Below, in pieces: positions 45,128 through 55,513 of a stretch of 64,000 nt of DNA. Source of the DNA: Christensenellaceae bacterium (GTDB lineage: Bacteria; Bacillota; Clostridia; Christensenellales; Borkfalkiaceae); NCBI GenBank assembly GCA_045645345.1, contig JAZRIP010000026.1:5142-69141 (forward strand), written 5' to 3'. Positions within the stretch are counted from its first letter, which is position 1. The number at the start of each line of letters is the position of its first letter. Made by a program: the position numbers and the translations under genes. The notes beneath the pieces were generated by a model. It saw only the letters and a program-made list of their open reading frames with translations, had not been told where the DNA came from and ran no database searches.

Positions 45128-45664
45128 ATGGCAAAATACACTTTATGTCCAAGATGTGAACTTAATTATATTCTTGAAGGTCAAGAATATTGCGACGTAT
45201 GTAAGGCTCAATTAAAAATAGGTCCACAATTAATGTTCTCTGCATTGGGCGATGATTTAAATGAAGATAAAATTTTATGTCCCGTTTGTAAAGTAAACTA
45301 TATTACGGAAGATGAACGCATGTGTCAAGAATGTCGTGAAAATTTAGAATATAAGCAAGCCGAAGACGATTTAGACGGCACTTCAAGTGACGATGAAAGT
45401 TGGCGTCAATATCTTGACGAAGACGAAAAGGATGAAATTTCTAAAAAGGGTGACGAAGATATGGTTTCGTTTAGTCAAATCGAAGAAGAAGAGGCGGGTT
45501 TAGAAGAAGAAGACGAAGATATTGATGCGTATACTAACGAGCCTACTTCAAAAAGCAAGTACGACGACTATGACGACTTTGATATTCCACCCGTTGACGA
45601 CGAAGATTTCTTAGACGACGAAGACGACGATGGCGAAGAAGATGATGACGACGAAGATTTTTAA
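45128..45664 (+). CDS. double zinc-ribbon protein with poly-acidic C-terminal tail
   Basis: 178 aa. CPRC...CDVC and CPVC...CQEC. The last roughly 100 aa is dominated by D/E (ends DDEDDDGEEDDDDEDF). Confidence 0.6.
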   Translation: MAKYTLCPRCELNYILEGQEYCDVCKAQLKIGPQLMFSALGDDLNEDKILCPVCKVNYITEDERMCQECRENLEYKQAEDDLDGTSSDDESWRQYLDEDEKDEISKKGDEDMVSFSQIEEEEAGLEEEDEDIDAYTNEPTSKSKYDDYDDFDIPPVDDEDFLDDEDDDGEEDDDDEDF

Positions 45665-45710
45665 GGTGCTTTAAAGAATAATTATATATTTAAAAGGCAA
45701 TACTTTTAAT

Positions 45711-45959
45711 ATGATAAAATCAAATAAAAGTATTGTAAGTGCAAAGGAAAAAATACGCAAGTATTTTGAAAAAGACGTTATTGTAAAGGTCAATTTAGGT
45801 AGGAATAAATACGCTAGTTTTACTGGTAAAGTTACAAATGTTTATCCAGCCTTATTTACGGTAACTCCACATAAAACTTTTAACGGCAAGACGAGTTTTT
45901 CATATAGTGAATTGATGTGTGGTTTAGTATTAATAAAACGAATAGACAAAGTAGAATAA
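45711..45959 (+). CDS. veg: Veg-family protein (DUF1021)
   Basis: 82 aa. Similar to B. subtilis Veg in pattern (GR.K...G.....YP..F.V........SFSY.....G). Confidence 0.7.
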   Translation: MIKSNKSIVSAKEKIRKYFEKDVIVKVNLGRNKYASFTGKVTNVYPALFTVTPHKTFNGKTSFSYSELMCGLVLIKRIDKVE

Positions 45960-46042
45960 AACGCAGTATTAATACTGCGTTTTTGTGTTTGACAAGGGGT
46001 TAAAAAAGTAGTATAATTTTTTAAAATAAAAGGAAATTTATT

Positions 46043-46471
46043 ATGAATATTCAAAAAACAATAAATTTTTGTTTGAGTTTAGATTATAAAAATTTAAAAG
46101 AATTTGCTAGTCAAAACTATCAAAAATTATATAATTTTTTAAAAGAAAAGCAGTCGATTGAAAGATTAAACGTCGTACTATCTGGCAGTATTTTTACTTG
46201 TGTTTCTGCCGACGGAAAAGTTACCGACGAAGAAATAAAGTTTATTAAAGATTTTGTAGGGGAATATTCTTATGAAAGTCTTACTAAAATGGTTGATGAA
46301 TATTATGCTTACGATGCACAAGAATCGATAAGAATGCTTTACAGTGTTTTAAACGACGAAATGAAAAAGGTTTTAACAAATTTATGTGTAGCAGTTTTAA
46401 CGGTAGACAAAGATTTTGACTTTTGTGAAAATTTTTTATTGTCATTAATGACGTACGAAGAAACTTTTTAA
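46043..46471 (+). CDS. hypothetical protein, TerB-like (tentative); paralog of 34237..34650
   Basis: 142 aa. MNIQKTINFCLSLDYKNLKEF... parallels MNIQSTINYCLGLNYRDLENF... along the whole length. TTGACA-17-TATAAT promoter upstream. Confidence 0.5.
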   Translation: MNIQKTINFCLSLDYKNLKEFASQNYQKLYNFLKEKQSIERLNVVLSGSIFTCVSADGKVTDEEIKFIKDFVGEYSYESLTKMVDEYYAYDAQESIRMLYSVLNDEMKKVLTNLCVAVLTVDKDFDFCENFLLSLMTYEETF

Positions 46472-46494
46472 TAAAAAACGTTAATTAAAAATTT

Positions 46495-46569
46495 AGGGGT
46501 GTAGCCAAGCGGTAAGGCAATGGATTCTGACTCCATCACACGTAGGTTCAAATCCTACCACCCCTGCCA
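46495..46569 (+). tRNA. tRNA-Gln (anticodon CTG), CCA encoded
   Basis: 75 nt cloverleaf. Acceptor AGGGGTG/CACCCCT, anticodon stem ATGGA/TCCAT with loop TTCTGAC, T-arm GTAGG-TTCAAAT-CCTAC, 3' GCCA. Followed by a terminator hairpin at 46570-46601. Confidence 0.9.
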
Positions 46570-46743
46570 AAAAAGCAGACTAAAACATAGTCTGCTTTTT
46601 TCAATGAAATTGTTTCTTTATAAACAAGTGAAATACGCCTAAGGCGTGTTAAAAAAAAATTTTATATTACTAAAAATTTTATATTAATTAAAAAAAGACG
46701 AGAAACTTCTCGTCTTTTTACTTGTATTAAATTTGTCTAAGTA

Positions 46744-48366
46744 TTAGTTTTTTGCTTTTTTCGTAACGATATATTTTGTAACGAAAAGAGATACAATCAT
46801 AATTACTATTGAGATAGGAAGTGCTATCCAAGCGTTAGGAATAAAGCCTGCAATTATGTAACATACGAACGAAACAACTGCAACGTAAAGTGCGTAAGGA
46901 ATTTGCGTTTGAACGTGATTTAAGTGTTCACACTCAGCACCGGCACTTGACATAATAGTCGTGTCTGAAATAGGCGAGCAGTGGTCACCACAAACAGCAC
47001 CTGCAAGACAAGCCGAAATACCAACGATTTGCAATGGATTAGTTGCGTCGAACATTGCTAATACGATAGGAATTAAAATGCCAAACGTACCCCAAGAAGT
47101 ACCAGTAGCAAATGCTAATATACAAGCAACTAAGAAAATAACTGCAGGTAAGAAACTTGCTAAGCCTTCAGGGAATTGTTTCATCATATTTTCAACGAAA
47201 ACGTCTGCTCCAAGAACGCCCGTAATATTTTTTAACGCCGTAGCAAAAGTTAAAATTAATATTGCAGGAACCATTGCTATAAAGCCTTTTGGAATTGCGT
47301 CCATTGCTTCCTTTACCGTGCAAACTTTTCTAATAGCCATATAAATGATGGTAGCAACTAAAGTTATAAGACCACCCCAAGGAAGAGCAACCGTAGCGTC
47401 GGTATTACCAAACGCACCTATAAAGTTGCCTGCGTTTTCAGTTCCGCCCCAAATATCGACGCCAAAGAAACCACCAACGTAAATAAGTGCGAATACGCAA
47501 GTTATAATTAATACTACGATAGGAGCAATCAAGTCGATAATTCTGCCACGTTCGTTTGCGATAACGGTTTCACTAGAAGAAATTTTTGCACCACTAAACA
47601 AGTCACCGTTTTCAGCGTTAATTTCGTGTTGTTTCATAGGACCAAAGTCAAATTTCATTAAGATTAACGCTACAACGAATACTAAAGTTAAAAGAGAATA
47701 GAAGTTGAACGGAATTGCCGCAACGAATAAACTAATGCCTTGACCGTCAGCAGCGTATTGAGAAACTGCCGCAGCCCAAGAAGAAATAGGGGCAATCATA
47801 CAAATAGGAGCAGCCGTAGCGTCTATTAAGAAAGCAAGTTTAGAACGGCTTATTTTGTGTTTATCGGTAAGTGGACGCATTACCGAGCCAACCGTTAAGC
47901 AGTTAAAGTAGTCGTCAACAAATATTAAAACGCCTAAAACAAAAGTACAAATTGCTGCACCAACTTTAGTTTTGATATGTTTTTGAGCCCAGTCGCCAAA
48001 TGCTTTAGAGCCACCTGCCTTATTTATAAGAGCAACTAAAATACCAAGTTCAATTAAGAACACGAAAATACCTGCAGTTCCAGAAACGGCGTCGATTAAA
48101 CCCGTGCTAATTACCGTATCAGTTATACCCGTAAACGAAAAACCGTTTGCTAAAATAGCACCAGACACTATACCTATAAAAAGTGAAGAAAATACTTCTT
48201 TGGTAATAAGTGCAAGGCCGATTGCTATAACGGGTGGGAGTAATGCCCACGCAGAATTAGTTACGTTACCCGTTAAAACTGCCACCAACAAAAGAGCAAT
48301 AATCACTACGCCAGCAATTATTGTGGCGATAGTCTTTTTTGAAAGTTTTTTTGTAAAATTACACAT
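46744..48366 (-). CDS. NhaC-family Na+/H+ antiporter-type transporter (probable lysine-regulated transporter)
   Basis: 540 aa polytopic protein. AAGGAG SD. Preceded by a lysine riboswitch. Confidence 0.8.
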   Translation of the reverse strand: MCNFTKKLSKKTIATIIAGVVIIALLLVAVLTGNVTNSAWALLPPVIAIGLALITKEVFSSLFIGIVSGAILANGFSFTGITDTVISTGLIDAVSGTAGIFVFLIELGILVALINKAGGSKAFGDWAQKHIKTKVGAAICTFVLGVLIFVDDYFNCLTVGSVMRPLTDKHKISRSKLAFLIDATAAPICMIAPISSWAAAVSQYAADGQGISLFVAAIPFNFYSLLTLVFVVALILMKFDFGPMKQHEINAENGDLFSGAKISSSETVIANERGRIIDLIAPIVVLIITCVFALIYVGGFFGVDIWGGTENAGNFIGAFGNTDATVALPWGGLITLVATIIYMAIRKVCTVKEAMDAIPKGFIAMVPAILILTFATALKNITGVLGADVFVENMMKQFPEGLASFLPAVIFLVACILAFATGTSWGTFGILIPIVLAMFDATNPLQIVGISACLAGAVCGDHCSPISDTTIMSSAGAECEHLNHVQTQIPYALYVAVVSFVCYIIAGFIPNAWIALPISIVIMIVSLFVTKYIVTKKAKN

Positions 48367-48397
48367 AACTTTCTCCTTATAAAAAATAAATTTTAAT

Positions 48398-48596
48398 AAA
48401 AAATCACGATACTACTAAATATCGTGAAAACAAAATATCTAATAGCACTCCACAAAAACTGTGACAGTCAAACGCATATTTTGCGTTTGCCCAGACTATT
48501 TCTTTTGGCGAAGAAATATCTTCGGCAACGTCCCCTACGCTTACCCACGATTTGCCATAAAGGTAAGTTTAATGTCAGTTGCACCTCTATCTAATT
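48398..48596 (-). promoter_or_regulatory. lysine (L-box) riboswitch with terminator
   Basis: Minus strand reads AGATAGAGGTGCAAC...GGGGACGTTGCCGAAG...CTGG...GACTGTCAC. This matches the conserved L-box cores of the B. subtilis lysC leader as I remember them. It ends in cacgatatttagtagtatcgtg plus a T-run. Confidence 0.75.
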
Positions 48597-48697
48597 TTTT
48601 ATTAATTTATTAAAGTTTAATTGATTTTTTGCCAATTGTCAACAAAAAAAGTCTAAAATACTTAAAATTGTTAAAAAAATTTCATATTTCAGTCAAA

Positions 48698-49924
48698 TTA
48701 ATTAGTGTTCATACACTTTACTATTATTTGGTGAGTAATATCTTCGTTAATAGTTAAATAATGTTCGTTAAATTTATAAGGATAATACTTGTATAATAAG
48801 TTAACGTATTCAAATATATCGCTACCACAATTTTTTGCTCTATTAAAAAGAGTTTTGACCATTGTTTCAGTATAAGTTTTTGCTTTAAAAAGTGTTTCGT
48901 CGTTAAGTTTACCTAGCGAAGATATTTCGTCTATTGATTGAGATATACTAGAATCGCTAATTTTTAACCACATATCAAGATATACTGTAAAAACTGGTTT
49001 ATTATCAACAAAGGTAAGTTTTCGTCTATGCGTCGCTTTTGTAACGCTAATTAAAAACGTACCTTCTTTTCCGTCGTGGTCGTGCGAAGTAATTGAAAAA
49101 GACGCTTCGTTTACGCTTTTAAAAAGTAGTGAGAAAAACAAAGTAAGTTCGCTGTCAATTTCATCAACTTTTTTACCTTTGTAAAATAAAATGGTACTTG
49201 ACGCATCGTAAATAACCTTACTATCTTGACCTTGCTCGCCACCTTGACTAGAACCTGAAGACGCACCCGAGCCACTTTCACCACTAGAACCGCTTAAACC
49301 TTTATCAACTTGCGTTACAGAGTTTTTTAGTTCTACCTTTTTAACGAGTGGCATAAATCCGCTTTTAGATTTAGAAAAATAGCCTATCGAAAAATTTTTA
49401 ATAGTAGTAGTCATTACTCTACTTGCAGTATTAGAATCTCTTACGAAAATTTTAGCAAGGGCAAATCCTGAAACGTTATCAAGTGGAGATGCAGACGAAA
49501 GCAAATCTTTTGCCGAGCCTTCGCACGCACATAAAATTGCCGAGTCTTCAACCTTATAAGAACGAACGAAAAAGTCGATTACGCCCATAACGTCATCTTG
49601 CAATATGCTTTCTCCAAGTACTATTAAATTGCAAAAACTTAGTTTAGGATACCAACCCGTTTGTTCGCCTATTTTAGAAATAGCAGAATAAATGGTACTA
49701 CCTTCACCCGTAATAATAGATTCGCTATTTTTAGCCGAATCGGCACTTGCTTGCGGAATTGCAATTTGAGTAGTTACTGAATAAACATCTTGGTCTTTAT
49801 CTATACCGATAGAAACGATAAGTGCCGTTTTTTCTATATTAATATAACTATAATCTGCAGAAATAAAAAACACGAAAACTGCTAATAAAAGTAGCATAAA
49901 AAATTTAATTCTTTTGCGTGGCAT
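48698..49924 (-). CDS. spore germination protein, Ger(x)C family
   Basis: 408 aa, third gene of the A-B-C germinant receptor operon. Has an internal S/G-rich low-complexity insert. No lipobox Cys after the signal-like N-terminus. Confidence 0.75.
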   Translation of the reverse strand: MPRKRIKFFMLLLLAVFVFFISADYSYINIEKTALIVSIGIDKDQDVYSVTTQIAIPQASADSAKNSESIITGEGSTIYSAISKIGEQTGWYPKLSFCNLIVLGESILQDDVMGVIDFFVRSYKVEDSAILCACEGSAKDLLSSASPLDNVSGFALAKIFVRDSNTASRVMTTTIKNFSIGYFSKSKSGFMPLVKKVELKNSVTQVDKGLSGSSGESGSGASSGSSQGGEQGQDSKVIYDASSTILFYKGKKVDEIDSELTLFFSLLFKSVNEASFSITSHDHDGKEGTFLISVTKATHRRKLTFVDNKPVFTVYLDMWLKISDSSISQSIDEISSLGKLNDETLFKAKTYTETMVKTLFNRAKNCGSDIFEYVNLLYKYYPYKFNEHYLTINEDITHQIIVKCMNTN

Positions 49925-50993
49925 TGTTTTTTCTCCTATAAACGATAAAGGTTAAAAGCGGAATTACGTAGGTGAAGATAATTAAAATCCAAATACCATA
50001 ATTTTGAAACCAGTTCAAAATGCTGAAAAATCCGTTTTCAAAAACTAAGGTTAGCATTAAGGCAACTCCGTTGATAATCAAAGGGGCAGTATATGCTTTT
50101 TTAAAATCGTAAGCACGTTTTATGAGTGAAGATGCAAACATTAACGGCATAGCAATTAAAAATATACTAGCAAACGATAAAAGTAAAGTTCCTATATAAT
50201 CAAATCGTCCTATATTAGATAATGATATAGAGTATTTACTCATCTTTATAGGTGCATAAAATTGTCTTTTAGCAATGCTACCGAAAATAGCGTAAAAAAT
50301 GGCTAGTAAGACTATTATTATAAAAGCAGAAATTACGTATGATAAAATAATTTTAGGCGTCATTTTTTTATCTTTTTTAACTTCGTTTAAGAAAAATAAA
50401 ATATAAATGGGGTCTCCAAACCAAAGTAAAGTTTTAAAAGACGCATCAAAAATAGTTTTTGGATTACGTGGAAAAAAAGGTAACAAATTATCGTAATCTC
50501 CAACGTTAAACGAAAGCAGATAGATAATAAAAATACCTACAAAAAACAAAATGGTAACAATTTCCATACTTCTAGCAAACGATTTTATGCCCTTTAACGA
50601 AACGTAAAACGTTATTGCAAAAACGGGTATATAAGTTAGTACGTTAGGTTGTGTTTCGTAAAAAGTAAGTTCGATAGAATTTTTTTCTTCTATCATAGGA
50701 ACAAATACTTTAAACATAAAAAAAAGGGCGTATAGTGAGATTATCGCTTTACTTATAAATTTTCCGTAACTACTTTCAAGCATATTGTAAAAAGAAAAAT
50801 TATCTTGATTATTATAAAATTTTAATATAACCAAAAGTAAAAGAAAGTCAATTAAGTAGTTTAAAAGAGCAGATAAAATCAAACCTTCTTCGGCTATTTT
50901 TGAGATAAGTCCCGGCATAAAAAATATTTTGCCTACGCTAGCAGTCGTTATTATAATAAAGCAAAGTTGTCTACTGTTTAGTTTGTGCATCAA
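49905..50993 (-). CDS. spore germination protein, Ger(x)B family (APC-type permease)
   Basis: 362 aa, about 10 TM helices. Overlaps both neighbouring genes. Confidence 0.8.
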   Translation of the reverse strand: MMHKLNSRQLCFIIITTASVGKIFFMPGLISKIAEEGLILSALLNYLIDFLLLLVILKFYNNQDNFSFYNMLESSYGKFISKAIISLYALFFMFKVFVPMIEEKNSIELTFYETQPNVLTYIPVFAITFYVSLKGIKSFARSMEIVTILFFVGIFIIYLLSFNVGDYDNLLPFFPRNPKTIFDASFKTLLWFGDPIYILFFLNEVKKDKKMTPKIILSYVISAFIIIVLLAIFYAIFGSIAKRQFYAPIKMSKYSISLSNIGRFDYIGTLLLSFASIFLIAMPLMFASSLIKRAYDFKKAYTAPLIINGVALMLTLVFENGFFSILNWFQNYGIWILIIFTYVIPLLTFIVYRRKNNATQKN

Positions 50994-52422
50994 AAAATCT
51001 CCTTCTTACTCTATTTGTGCTTTTAAGTGATAACGGGCGTTTTTTCATACTATCAAAGAAAGACATTACAAATCCGTCTTGTAAATCGCTTAAGATAAGC
51101 GGTGAAAAAGGTGAAGTTACCGAAACGCCAAAACTTTCAAGCGAACTTAAATAAATGACTAGCCCCGCCGAAAGCAGTAAAATTCCGTATCCACCGAAAG
51201 TTCCCGCAACTATTAAAAAAATAATTCTTAATACAGAAAGACTTTCCATAAGGTCGGGAACGGTATACAAACTTATTCCTGATAAAGCAATAATTAATAT
51301 GGTCGGCGTAGAAATAATACCTGCGTTAACGGCAGTATCTCCAAGAACTAACGCACCTACTACACTCATTGCGATGCCGACGTACCTTGGCATACGTATA
51401 CTTGCTTCGTTTAGTATTTCAAAAATTAGTAAAGTAAAAAACATTTCGGCACTAGGCGAAAGCGGAATACCTTTTATACTATTTACGATTGTTAGTAAAA
51501 AGTTTAAGGGAATTAATTGCAAATGAAAAAGTTGGGCTGAAACGTAAAAAGCAGGTGCTAAAATTGAAACGAAAACGGCAATAAAGCGTAAAAATCTTGA
51601 AACGTTAGCCCTATACGTGTTTGAATAGTAGTCTTCGCTTGATTGAAAGTCTTCTAAAAGCAAATAAGGTATAGTCAAAACTATGGGTGAGCCGTCAACG
51701 ATAATACCAACTCTACCTTCTAATAGTTTACTGGCTAAAATATCGGGTTTTTCGGTAGAGTTAACTTGTTTAAAAAGCGATGCTTTTTTATTAGATATAC
51801 ATTTTGAAACGTACGAACTATCAATTATGCCTTCAACGTTGATATTTTTTATTTTTTCAGTTACCAATTCTACTATTTTTTTATCTACAATTGAGTCGAC
51901 GTAAACTATACCGACAACGGTAGATGAATATTTACCTAATATAAATTTTTTATAAACTAAATCGGGGCTTTTAAGCCTTTGTCTAAGTAAACTTAAATTA
52001 GTTTGAATACTTTCAACAAATCCTTCTCTTGGTCCTTTTAAAATGGTTGAAGTAGGTGGCTCAGCAACAGGACGTGTAGCGTGTTTTTTGCAAGCGACTG
52101 AAATGGCCTCGGTAAATCCGTCTATTAGCAAAACGGTGTCGCCAAAAGTTACTTTTTCAACGCAATCTTCAATTGTTTTTAGTACTTCGCCTTCGGGAAG
52201 TGTTAAATTAGATAAAATTTCTTTGCAAGAGTTTTTTAGTTGCATTTTAGAAATAGGTTCTAAAACGTGTTTGCCTAACAACTCTTTATCTTCTAAGTGG
52301 TCGTAAAAAATGCAAACGGCGTTTGCGTTTTGAACGGACAACTTAAAAAAAATTATATCGTCGCTATTTAAAATTGATTTAAGATTTGTTACGTTTGATT
52401 TTAAATCTGTATTTATTTTCAT
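50971..52422 (-). CDS. spore germination protein, GerA/Ger(x)A family
   Basis: 483 aa. Soluble N-terminal domain plus C-terminal TM bundle. Typical GPREGFVESI and DGSP motifs. Confidence 0.85.
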   Translation of the reverse strand: MKINTDLKSNVTNLKSILNSDDIIFFKLSVQNANAVCIFYDHLEDKELLGKHVLEPISKMQLKNSCKEILSNLTLPEGEVLKTIEDCVEKVTFGDTVLLIDGFTEAISVACKKHATRPVAEPPTSTILKGPREGFVESIQTNLSLLRQRLKSPDLVYKKFILGKYSSTVVGIVYVDSIVDKKIVELVTEKIKNINVEGIIDSSYVSKCISNKKASLFKQVNSTEKPDILASKLLEGRVGIIVDGSPIVLTIPYLLLEDFQSSEDYYSNTYRANVSRFLRFIAVFVSILAPAFYVSAQLFHLQLIPLNFLLTIVNSIKGIPLSPSAEMFFTLLIFEILNEASIRMPRYVGIAMSVVGALVLGDTAVNAGIISTPTILIIALSGISLYTVPDLMESLSVLRIIFLIVAGTFGGYGILLLSAGLVIYLSSLESFGVSVTSPFSPLILSDLQDGFVMSFFDSMKKRPLSLKSTNRVRRRFFDAQTKQ

Positions 52423-52491
52423 ATTTTTACTATTTGTTATTATAAAAAAATTATGTACGAAATAAAAAAACGGGCTATTCGCCCGTAAAAA

Positions 52492-53016
52492 CTAGTTTTT
52501 AGTTTTTGTTTCTTCAAACGCCTTTATGACAATGCTAGTTAGTGCGTTGCACTCGTTTTCACTTATGCTCGTATTGCCTGCAATGATATTGTAAATTGCT
52601 TGTGCACAAAGTTCGTTATCTTGACCAAAATTTAATTCTTTTAAAATATTTTTAGTCGTTTTTTCAATAGAGTTTGGTGAAACTATGCCCTTTAATATAT
52701 TGCTTATAATTTTAGAGACGTTAGAACTATTCGAGAAAAGTTGTTTAATGATAGCGTAATATAAAGTTGCTACGCCACCTATTCTTAAACCTACGTTAAA
52801 TAGTTCGTCGAAAGAAAAGTCGCAAAGTATAAATTTGCTGTATAAAAAATTAAAAAGAATACCTAATACGAAAGGTAATAAAACGATAAGATTATTGTGA
52901 GATGCAGGAACGAATTTTTTTAAGATATTCGTTAATATAAAGACTATTAAAGCAATAAAAGGAACGTCTAAACCCATTACCGAAAGTTGACTAAAAAAAG
53001 TGGTAACAGTTTGCAT
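52492..53016 (-). CDS. hypothetical membrane protein
   Basis: Start at MQTVTT with AGGGTGA SD. Three TM helices then a soluble tail. Possibly holin-like, but not supported by any motif. Confidence 0.5.
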   Translation of the reverse strand: MQTVTTFFSQLSVMGLDVPFIALIVFILTNILKKFVPASHNNLIVLLPFVLGILFNFLYSKFILCDFSFDELFNVGLRIGGVATLYYAIIKQLFSNSSNVSKIISNILKGIVSPNSIEKTTKNILKELNFGQDNELCAQAIYNIIAGNTSISENECNALTSIVIKAFEETKTKN

Positions 53017-53159
53017 TAAAATCACCCTATAGTTCGAAAAAACTATAAAATTTAAGGTAGCCGTTATCGTAGTTTTAAGTTACGATACAAAAATTTTACA
53101 ATCAAATTCGCACTTTTAAAAAATTCCAGACGCATTTTTATTTTACTATAAAAGTTGAA

Positions 53160-55439
53160 TTATTCAAGGTCAATATGACTAATTTTTGAAAAAATTCTTA
53201 CGCACAAAACAGTCATATCATCTTTAGGAATATTGCCGTTTAATTCTAAGGCTTTATTTAAAATTTTATCTGCAATTAGTTGTGGGTTTTTATTGTCCAA
53301 AGTACGTATAAAATCTATAAGGTCGGTCGACGACGTAAAAGCGTCGCTAATGCCGTCGGTAAACGTGATAATGGTATCGCCGTCCTTTAAAGTGGATTTA
53401 CAACCGCTAGGCGACAAGTCGTCTAAAATTCCAAGTGGTAACGATGAGCCTTCAATAATTTTAACGCTTTCGTCACTTAATATAAAACTATAAGGTGCAC
53501 CTATTTTAATAAAGTCGGCTATTAGTGTATGTAGGTTGACCACGACTACGTCTATTGCCGAAAAATTGTCGTCGGTATTGATAGTTAAAACTTTGTTTAC
53601 TATATTTAGAATTAAACTACTATCTAGCCCTGCCTTATAAAAAGATTCAATTAACGAAATAGCCGTTTTAGAAGTATTTTCTGCACGTACGCCACTGCCC
53701 ATACCATCGCTTAGGGCAATCAAAAATTTACCTTCGTCAATTTTTGTAAGGCTGTGTGTATCACCACTTAAATTTTGGTTAGATTTAACCTTGCTAGCCA
53801 CCCCGAAACAAGCGTCTTTAACAGGGGAATTTTTAATGGTGATTGCCGACAACTCCATAGATATATTGGTCTTAGAAGTTATGCTCATAGGTTTTTTTGT
53901 AACCTTGCTTATAGTTTTTAAAAAATTAGGTTTGCTTATAAGGTTAGTGTTGCATACTATATTAACTTCGATATCGTCGTCGTTAATTAAAACGTAAAGT
54001 TCGTTAAATGGTAAATTATTCCGTCTTAAAGCGTTTGATAAGTCCTTTTCGATTTTACTTGAAAACGACGCTATAGTTGAGTAATCTACCGCCATGCTTT
54101 TTAATAACGACGCAACGCCTTGTGATTGTAAACATATTAATTCTTTGCCTTGCGATACGTCTTCAATCTCTTTTATTTTTTGTTTATAATCACCTATTAG
54201 TTTATTCATTTCATACAAAATACTATTAGCATAACTGCATTTTTTTATAAAATCGTTAGTCAAATCTATAAGCGAAACTTTGCATTTAGCAACGCCGACC
54301 GAAAGTATTTTTACTAGTTCGTTATGATGGGGCAAATTATTTTGTTTGCATTGAGAATATTTTGGACAATTTTCGCAAACTTTTATTATAATTTCATCAG
54401 CCATTTTAGATAAAAGTTCAGGACTAGACGGAACGGTGTTTTTAAGTTTTTTAAAACTATCTTCAATTTGATAAAAAACGCTACTTACGTCATGCAGTTT
54501 GTTTGCAACTGAAAGCCTAACTTTATTTATAGCGTATTTAGGGAGAATTTTTGAAGAAAGGTTATCAATTTTGTTTTTAGTTTTTTCAAGAAGTCTATTT
54601 GGTAAAAACAAATAAACTACAATTGAAATTACGCTATATAATATTGAGTAAACGTCGTAAGGACCGTAAATTTTCAAAACTATCATAAATAACAAGTCGA
54701 CAAGTAAAAGTAAAAACGCCGACAAAATTTGGTTGTTTTTTCTAAAAATTATAGAACATAACCCAAAAAAAGAATATACTGCCATATAATTTAGCGAAAA
54801 AGTAACGATTGTGGGGGCTATTGATAAAACTACCGCACAAGCAACGCTGGTAGCACCATTAAAAAGGTAGGCTGTTAATAAAATTATAAAAATAGAAACA
54901 GCCTTTGCCGTTTCAGCGTTAAACACGTTAATTATTCCTAAAAACAAAGGTAAAGAAAACGTCGCTAGACAAGCAATTTCTTCTCCAAGCAATTTATAGT
55001 TAAATTTTTTAATAAACACTATTCTTGACGACGAAATAAAAACGAAAGATAGTATAGTTGAAAGGGAAAGATATATAATTTTATGTAAAAGTTCACCTTT
55101 ATGCGTTAAAAAAATGAAAACGGTGCAAGCCGTTAAGGCGTAGGCTACAAGTTCGCTTTTAACTAACTTATTTTTCTTTCTATAAATTAAAAAGACAAGT
55201 GTTAACGCCACGCAAATAACCAAACTTGGAACTATTAAAGATAGGTCAAGAGTAAAGGCAAAAGGTATAAAAAAAGACAACGCCGTATCAATAAGTGGCA
55301 AGCCTAGATATAATAGAGATATAAAAAAAGGCACTACTAAAACTGAAGAATTTTGTAGTGAATTTTTTAATAAAAAACTTATTGATAACGTCAAAATAAA
55401 ACGAAATAAACGTTTGTAAGTAAATTGATTATTTAACAT
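53160..55439 (-). CDS. spoIIE: stage II sporulation protein E (PP2C phosphatase SpoIIE)
   Basis: Start at MLNNQF. About 10 N-terminal TM helices. C-terminal PP2C motifs (GDTHS, SDGMGSG, FTDGISD, DDMTVL). Confidence 0.9.
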   Translation of the reverse strand: MLNNQFTYKRLFRFILTLSISFLLKNSLQNSSVLVVPFFISLLYLGLPLIDTALSFFIPFAFTLDLSLIVPSLVICVALTLVFLIYRKKNKLVKSELVAYALTACTVFIFLTHKGELLHKIIYLSLSTILSFVFISSSRIVFIKKFNYKLLGEEIACLATFSLPLFLGIINVFNAETAKAVSIFIILLTAYLFNGATSVACAVVLSIAPTIVTFSLNYMAVYSFFGLCSIIFRKNNQILSAFLLLLVDLLFMIVLKIYGPYDVYSILYSVISIVVYLFLPNRLLEKTKNKIDNLSSKILPKYAINKVRLSVANKLHDVSSVFYQIEDSFKKLKNTVPSSPELLSKMADEIIIKVCENCPKYSQCKQNNLPHHNELVKILSVGVAKCKVSLIDLTNDFIKKCSYANSILYEMNKLIGDYKQKIKEIEDVSQGKELICLQSQGVASLLKSMAVDYSTIASFSSKIEKDLSNALRRNNLPFNELYVLINDDDIEVNIVCNTNLISKPNFLKTISKVTKKPMSITSKTNISMELSAITIKNSPVKDACFGVASKVKSNQNLSGDTHSLTKIDEGKFLIALSDGMGSGVRAENTSKTAISLIESFYKAGLDSSLILNIVNKVLTINTDDNFSAIDVVVVNLHTLIADFIKIGAPYSFILSDESVKIIEGSSLPLGILDDLSPSGCKSTLKDGDTIITFTDGISDAFTSSTDLIDFIRTLDNKNPQLIADKILNKALELNGNIPKDDMTVLCVRIFSKISHIDLE

Positions 55440-55483
55440 AAAAACCACCCTATAATGACGATATCATTATTAGAGTGGCTTTT

Positions 55484-55513
55484 TTTATAGTATTGTAAGA
55501 GTTTTTGTCGAAA
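55484..55513 (-). promoter_or_regulatory. putative Spo0A-dependent spoIIE promoter with a perfect 0A box
   Basis: Minus strand reads tTTCGACA (0A box TGTCGAA on plus strand at 55506-55512) overlapping a -35-like TCGACA. A 16 nt spacer follows, then TATAAA (55489-55484). Confidence 0.5.

Noticed and set aside
45380-45664. GAA/GAC-rich DNA as a microsatellite or repeat element
   Set aside because: The periodicity is codon-level only (Asp/Glu codons) and lies within an intact ORF. It is not a perfect nucleotide tandem repeat.
52492-53016. Holin or prophage remnant
   Set aside because: The gene encodes three TM helices plus a charged tail, which is holin-like in outline. There is no endolysin or other phage gene adjacent, and the protein (174 aa) is long for a holin.
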